From positions 64,001-128,000 of the forward strand of contig CAVSHR010000009.1 of NCBI GenBank assembly GCA_963727625.1: DNA of 64,000 nucleotides, in the 5' to 3' direction. This DNA is from an uncultured delta proteobacterium. Lineage in GTDB: Bacteria > Desulfobacterota > Binatia > UBA9968. Both the position numbers and the translations under genes were made by a program. Below are positions 59,481-64,000 of this stretch, piece after piece. The notes below the pieces were generated by a model. The model saw only the letters and a program-made list of their open reading frames with translations. It ran no database searches and had not been told where the DNA came from. Every line of letters starts with the position of its first letter. The first letter of the stretch is position 1.

Positions 59481-60742
59481 CAGCGCAACTCCGACGGCGA
59501 AGGAGTGATGGAGTGTTGGAGTCCTGGTAAATTCCGTAGCGGTCCGTTGTCCTTCACCAAGCCGTCTTCGCCGCAAAGGCGTTCGACGTATGCAATGAGC
59601 GGCCGGGGAAGATATTTGGCGCCTTGTTGAATGTATTCAGGATAGATCGGCAAGCGCGCTCTCAGCTCGAAACCGGCTTGCTTGCTTTTTTCTTGCAGCA
59701 ATTGCAGCGCTGGCCAGGGCGCCTCGGGATTGATAAAGTCCGGCGTCAGCGGCGACACACCGCCCCAGTCGTTGATCCCCGCTTCGAGATAAAGCTCGTA
59801 GCCGTCGGGCGTCAAATTGGGCGGTGCCTGGATATTCATCTCACCGCCGAAAATCAACCGCGCCAGCGCGATGGTCTTGCGCATATCGTCACGCGTCGCA
59901 TCGGGATGCTCGCGCATGGGAATCGTCGGCTTGGCGCGAAAGTTCTGCACGATCACTTCCTGAATGTGCCCGTAGCGCTCATGCAGCTCGCGAATGGCGA
60001 AGAGCGAGTCGATCCGCTCCTGCCAGTTCTCGCCGATGCCGATGAGGATCCCGGTGGTGAAAGGAATGCGCAGCTTGCCGGCTAGCTCCAAAGTGCGCAG
60101 GCGCGCCGCCGGTCTTTTATCTGGCGCGTTGTCGTGCGCGCCGCCGGGAAGCAGCAAGCGTTCGCTGACGCTTTCGAGCATCAACCCCATGCTCGGATTG
60201 ACTTCCTTGAGGCGTCGCAGATCCCCTTGGCCCATCACGCCGGGATTCGAGTGCGGCAACAGACCGGTTTCGTTTAAAACCGTGCGGCAAGCTTCGTAAA
60301 GGTAATCGAGCGTGCGCTGGTGGCCGTGCTCGGCCAGAAACTGTTTCATCTCCGGATAGATCGCTTCGGGTTTGTCGCCGAGACTGAACAACACTTCCGT
60401 GCAGCCGAGCAGCTTGCCCTGCCGCACGACTTCCAGCACTTCATCGAGCGTCATCGTCTTCGCATTCCGCTCGTCCGGTGCCTTGCGAAACGTGCAATAC
60501 CCGCAAAAATCCCGGCAAAGATTGGTGAGCGGGACGAAAACTTTCGGCGAAAACGTGACCACATGACCTTTGTGCCGATCGCGCACCTCAGCCGCCGAAG
60601 TTAAGAGAGCTCGCAGTTCATCGTCTTGTGCAGCGACCAGTCCGAGCGCTTCCGAGCGGCCGAGCCACTTGCCCCGCAGGTAATCAGTTAACACGTGCGA
60701 TGTCACATTTGGTTGAATATCGGATCGGCGCCCACGATTCAA
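59480..60742 (-). CDS. cofG: FO synthase subunit CofG (radical SAM)
   Basis: PLTNLCRDFCGYC, LPHSNPG, NDWGGVSP, NPEAPWP; start uncertain. Confidence 0.95.
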   Translation of the reverse strand: MNRGRRSDIQPNVTSHVLTDYLRGKWLGRSEALGLVAAQDDELRALLTSAAEVRDRHKGHVVTFSPKVFVPLTNLCRDFCGYCTFRKAPDERNAKTMTLDEVLEVVRQGKLLGCTEVLFSLGDKPEAIYPEMKQFLAEHGHQRTLDYLYEACRTVLNETGLLPHSNPGVMGQGDLRRLKEVNPSMGLMLESVSERLLLPGGAHDNAPDKRPAARLRTLELAGKLRIPFTTGILIGIGENWQERIDSLFAIRELHERYGHIQEVIVQNFRAKPTIPMREHPDATRDDMRKTIALARLIFGGEMNIQAPPNLTPDGYELYLEAGINDWGGVSPLTPDFINPEAPWPALQLLQEKSKQAGFELRARLPIYPEYIQQGAKYLPRPLIAYVERLCGEDGLVKDNGPLRNLPGLQHSITPSPSELR

Positions 60743-60862
60743 TTCGCCGCAGGACGCCGATGTCTTCCAATAAATATATTCCAGTTGCCCTACAGACTTT
60801 TGCTGTGGTAGGTCATTAACCGTAAGTTACAAGCGCGACGCAGAAAAAGCGGAGGAAACGCC

Positions 60863-62062
60863 ATGGATAGCTTCGATAACGTGCTGGTCGTCGACGCCGA
60901 CGGCCATGTCTATGAGGGCAACGTCGATCTCGCGAGCCGGATGCCGGAAAAGTGGCGCTCGCAGGCGCCGATTCGTTTAAAGGACAACGAAGGCAATTCG
61001 CGAATTTTACTTGAGGGCCGCCTGTGGTCGACGTCGCAGGGCCTTGGGCCGGGCGTCTCCGGACCGATGACCGACAAAGCGCGTGGTTTCCGCGAAGGGA
61101 TGGTTGATCCCCGTGCCAGGCTCAAAGACATGGACGAGGAAGGCATCGACGTCGCGATCCTTTTCGGCACGCAAATCGCGCTGACGGTCAACGGACTCAT
61201 GAACAAGGAACTCGCCGCCGTGCTCTGCCGCGCCTGCAATGAATGGCTTGTCGAATATTGCTCCGCCGACCCCAAGCGTCTGCTCGCCGTCGGTCTGATT
61301 CCCTGTCAGGACCCGTCGGCTGCGGTGAAAGAATTGGAGTATCTCAAGAAGGCCGGCGCCGTCACCGCCATGTTACCGACCAACGTCTACGGTTTGAACA
61401 ACATGGGCGACCGCATGTTCGACCCGATTTACGAATGCGCTCAGGCCATTGAAATGCCGCTCAGCGTCCATCCGCAGACCGGCCACGACGGCGTGCTCGG
61501 GGTCTCCGGTGTGATGGGCGCGGGCAGCGAGCGTATGCGCAAATACGCCTACGTGCACATGACCGCCTTCCCGTTCGAGCTTATGATCGCCATGATGCAC
61601 ATGATCGGCGAAGGCGTCTTCGATCGCTACCCCAAGCTGCGCGTCGGTTTCATGGAAGGCGGCGCGGGCTGGCTGCCTTTCTGGGCCGAGCGCTTCGACG
61701 AGCATATCGAAAAACTCGCGCCGCAAATGCCAGACTTGAAACGGCGGCCGAGCGCGATCATTCGCGGCGAGCAAGTCACGCTCACCTGCGAATCGGAAGA
61801 GACCGGCCTCGACCGCGTCTTTGCCGCCAACGGCGAGAACACGGTAATGTACGCTTCCGACTATTGCCACTGGGATTGCCATTTCCCCTATTCAGTCAAG
61901 GACGTGGTGGATGCCAAGGATCTGTCTTTTGCGCAGAAGGAAAAGTTGCTCAACAAGAACGCCAGCGAATTTTTCAAGCTCAAAAACCTGCCGCAGCCCA
62001 ATGCACTCAAAATCGCCCAGCGGAGCTGGAAAAACGGCCAGGCTAAAGCCGCCAACGCCTAG
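60863..62062 (+). CDS. Amidohydrolase_2 family protein
   Basis: DADGHVYE, GIDVAILF, VHP, ASDYCHWD. Confidence 0.92.
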   Translation: MDSFDNVLVVDADGHVYEGNVDLASRMPEKWRSQAPIRLKDNEGNSRILLEGRLWSTSQGLGPGVSGPMTDKARGFREGMVDPRARLKDMDEEGIDVAILFGTQIALTVNGLMNKELAAVLCRACNEWLVEYCSADPKRLLAVGLIPCQDPSAAVKELEYLKKAGAVTAMLPTNVYGLNNMGDRMFDPIYECAQAIEMPLSVHPQTGHDGVLGVSGVMGAGSERMRKYAYVHMTAFPFELMIAMMHMIGEGVFDRYPKLRVGFMEGGAGWLPFWAERFDEHIEKLAPQMPDLKRRPSAIIRGEQVTLTCESEETGLDRVFAANGENTVMYASDYCHWDCHFPYSVKDVVDAKDLSFAQKEKLLNKNASEFFKLKNLPQPNALKIAQRSWKNGQAKAANA

Positions 62063-62075
62063 CAGGAGTGACACA

Positions 62076-63026
62076 ATGAAACTTGCCAAAGCGCTGATAA
62101 TCTCATCGCTCGTCACCGTCGTTTTCTTTCCACGGTTCACCCGAGCGGCGGAGAGTCTACAAAAAATTCGCATCGGCTTTCCATCGCTGGCGTTTTCCTA
62201 CATGCCCTTTTACGTCGCTCGAGAAAAGGGCTTGTTGAAAAAACACGGATTGGAAGGCGAGTACATTCAGATGCGCACGCCGATCCAACCCCAGGCCGTG
62301 GTCAACGGCAACATCGACTTTTTCACTTCGGTATCCACAGGTCTATCAGCGGCGGTTTCCGGCCTGCCGCTCGTCATCGTGCTCAACTTCTGCGACGGCT
62401 CGCCGTGGGTACTGGTCACGAACAAAGAGATCAACAAACCGCAAGACCTGGTCGGCAAGACGGTCGCGGTCTCTGGCATCAGAACGTCACCCTATTATTT
62501 TCTGCAAGCGGCGCTAAAAAAGTGGGAAATCAGCGATAAGGACGTTGGAATCATTACCACCGGCGGCACCTCGGACAGTTTTCTCGCACTCACGACCAAC
62601 CGTGTCGTTGGCACGGTCTTGACGCCTCCTTTCGACGACAAGGCGGTTTCCTTAGGCTATAAGAAATTCATGTTCCTCGGCGACCTGGCCCCCATTCCCT
62701 ACGTCGGCTTGGTGGCCTCTCAAGCAAAAATGAAAACCAACCGGGACGTCGTGCAGCGCACGATTGCAGCGCTCTTCGACGCCGTCGCCTGGCTGCGCGC
62801 CAACCGAGCCGAAAGCGCCAAGATGATCGTCGAGAAATTCAAAGTTAGCCAGACCGAAGCGGATAACACCTACGCGACATTGATCAAGCTGCTCAACAAG
62901 GACGGCCGGCTCAACCCTAAAGTCGCGCGCGACTATATTGAGATGCTGCGCCGGGAGCGGCCGATCCCGGCCGGTTTCGATCCGCAGAAGCTGCTCGATT
63001 TCTCGCTATTGCCCGCCGGACGGTGA
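62076..63026 (+). CDS. ABC transporter substrate-binding protein, NMT1/SsuA-like
   Basis: Signal peptide, PFYVAREKG, DLVGKTVAVS; ATG at 62076 after AGGAG. Confidence 0.88.
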   Translation: MKLAKALIISSLVTVVFFPRFTRAAESLQKIRIGFPSLAFSYMPFYVAREKGLLKKHGLEGEYIQMRTPIQPQAVVNGNIDFFTSVSTGLSAAVSGLPLVIVLNFCDGSPWVLVTNKEINKPQDLVGKTVAVSGIRTSPYYFLQAALKKWEISDKDVGIITTGGTSDSFLALTTNRVVGTVLTPPFDDKAVSLGYKKFMFLGDLAPIPYVGLVASQAKMKTNRDVVQRTIAALFDAVAWLRANRAESAKMIVEKFKVSQTEADNTYATLIKLLNKDGRLNPKVARDYIEMLRRERPIPAGFDPQKLLDFSLLPAGR

Positions 63027-63043
63027 ACCGGTCATAATGAGTA

Positions 63044-63709
63044 ATGATTCGAGCTCCGGATAGCACGCGCTATTTAATCGCGACTACGGTTGCCGCAGTT
63101 CTGCTTTGCGGTTTGGCGGCGCGAGTCGATTCACAAACAAGTCGCAACATTAAAGTCCTCCTCGAAACTCGCCAGAGCGGCAAGAGCAGCCGCGAGGGGA
63201 TTCAAGGTTTGGGGAGCGTCATCATACGACGGGACACGGTTTATCCATCCGGCCGCGTTACCGGATCCGACCGCCAAACCACCGTCCGGCGCTCGAGCGG
63301 TATCTTTACCTTGGTCATGGACGGCGGCGAATCGATCCTAACTATCGGCACCCGCGTGCCACAGAGCGAAATCGCCTACTATTACAATTACGCTCTGAAC
63401 CTGGGCGTCATCGAACGGCGCATTGTCTTTACCGATGTCGGCACTTCGCTGCGCGTCAGCGCCGCGGCTTTGCCGGATGGGCAGATTCAATTGCGCCTGA
63501 CGCCCAGGATCAGCTATTTCTCGGTGGACCGCCCCGGCGCGATTGATTTCACCGAAGCGGCCACGGAATTAATTGTGCCCGACGGCCAGCCGGTATCGCT
63601 GGGCGGCTCGACCGCGAGCCTGCAAGAGATTACCCGGCAGATCCTCGGTTATCGCAGCCGCGCCAGCAACAGCGAAACAAACCTGGTGGTCAGCGCAACT
63701 GTTCAGTAA
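63044..63709 (+). CDS. Minimal secretin-domain protein
   Basis: Signal peptide; VMDGGESILTIGTRVP, DVGTSLRV, LRLTPRIS, TELIVPDGQPVSLGG match the secretin beta-domain pattern. Confidence 0.7.
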   Translation: MIRAPDSTRYLIATTVAAVLLCGLAARVDSQTSRNIKVLLETRQSGKSSREGIQGLGSVIIRRDTVYPSGRVTGSDRQTTVRRSSGIFTLVMDGGESILTIGTRVPQSEIAYYYNYALNLGVIERRIVFTDVGTSLRVSAAALPDGQIQLRLTPRISYFSVDRPGAIDFTEAATELIVPDGQPVSLGGSTASLQEITRQILGYRSRASNSETNLVVSATVQ

Positions 63710-63866
63710 TGATTTTGGGCGGTCTTGCCGCCGGCACCGTTCGCCGCGACCTGGATGAAAAGAACGGCACTTTTCCCCGCCCTGGTCCCGAGCCCGGCGA
63801 GTCTTGACAATCGCGGTGCACCTTGATGACCTACATTCGAATTGGACCAACTAGGAGGAGTGAGTT

Positions 63867-64000
63867 ATGGGTTTCAACGGACATACGATTATCGACGGCG
63901 ACGGCCATGTGATTGAGGACTGTCAAGCGATCATCAACTACATGCCCAAACCCTATCGCGACAAATACGACACCCATAGTTTCTTCAATCCATTTCCGCC
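63867..64000 (+). CDS. Amidohydrolase family protein, 3'-truncated by the window edge
   Basis: AGGAGG RBS; MGFNGHTIIDGDGHVIED. Confidence 0.8.
   Translation, partial: MGFNGHTIIDGDGHVIEDCQAIINYMPKPYRDKYDTHSFFNPFP

Overview
GC-rich bacterial chromosome segment. The gene content (repeated amidohydrolases, NMT1/TAXI-type binding proteins, F420 genes) suggests a Deltaproteobacteria-like lineage such as Candidatus Binatia, which is inference only. Contents in order: alaS 3' part, frameshifted yjbQ, phoH, an HtrA protease, a heat-shock cluster (three Hsp20, HspR/CbpM-like, dnaJ, groES-groEL), GST, an orphan histidine kinase, a TPP-dependent E1 alpha/beta pair, an 11-subunit complex I operon lacking nuoEFG, a hydrolase, larC, MFS, a TAXI protein, bioFAD and radA. 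Next is tRNA-Leu(CAA) with a ~13.4 kb decayed composite island (37471-50926) bounded by a 64-bp tRNA 3' repeat. After it come an ECF sigma/anti-sigma cluster with secreted proteins, an F420 operon (cofG-cofD-cofC-cofE-npdG), amidohydrolases, a binding protein and a minimal secretin-domain protein. The best finding lies in the island: a MerR-controlled, merA-less mer-like operon. Its MerP/HMA gene (49649-49972, absent from the ORF track) has an in-frame TGA at the first metal-binding Cys (GMT-U-GAC), followed by SECIS-like hairpins, so it is a candidate selenoprotein. The island also holds a nested integrase remnant / inverted-repeat-flanked RAYT / IS, a tRNA-Thr att fragment and an AT-rich three-gene cassette of unknown function. 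Several apparent frameshifts may be assembly indels.
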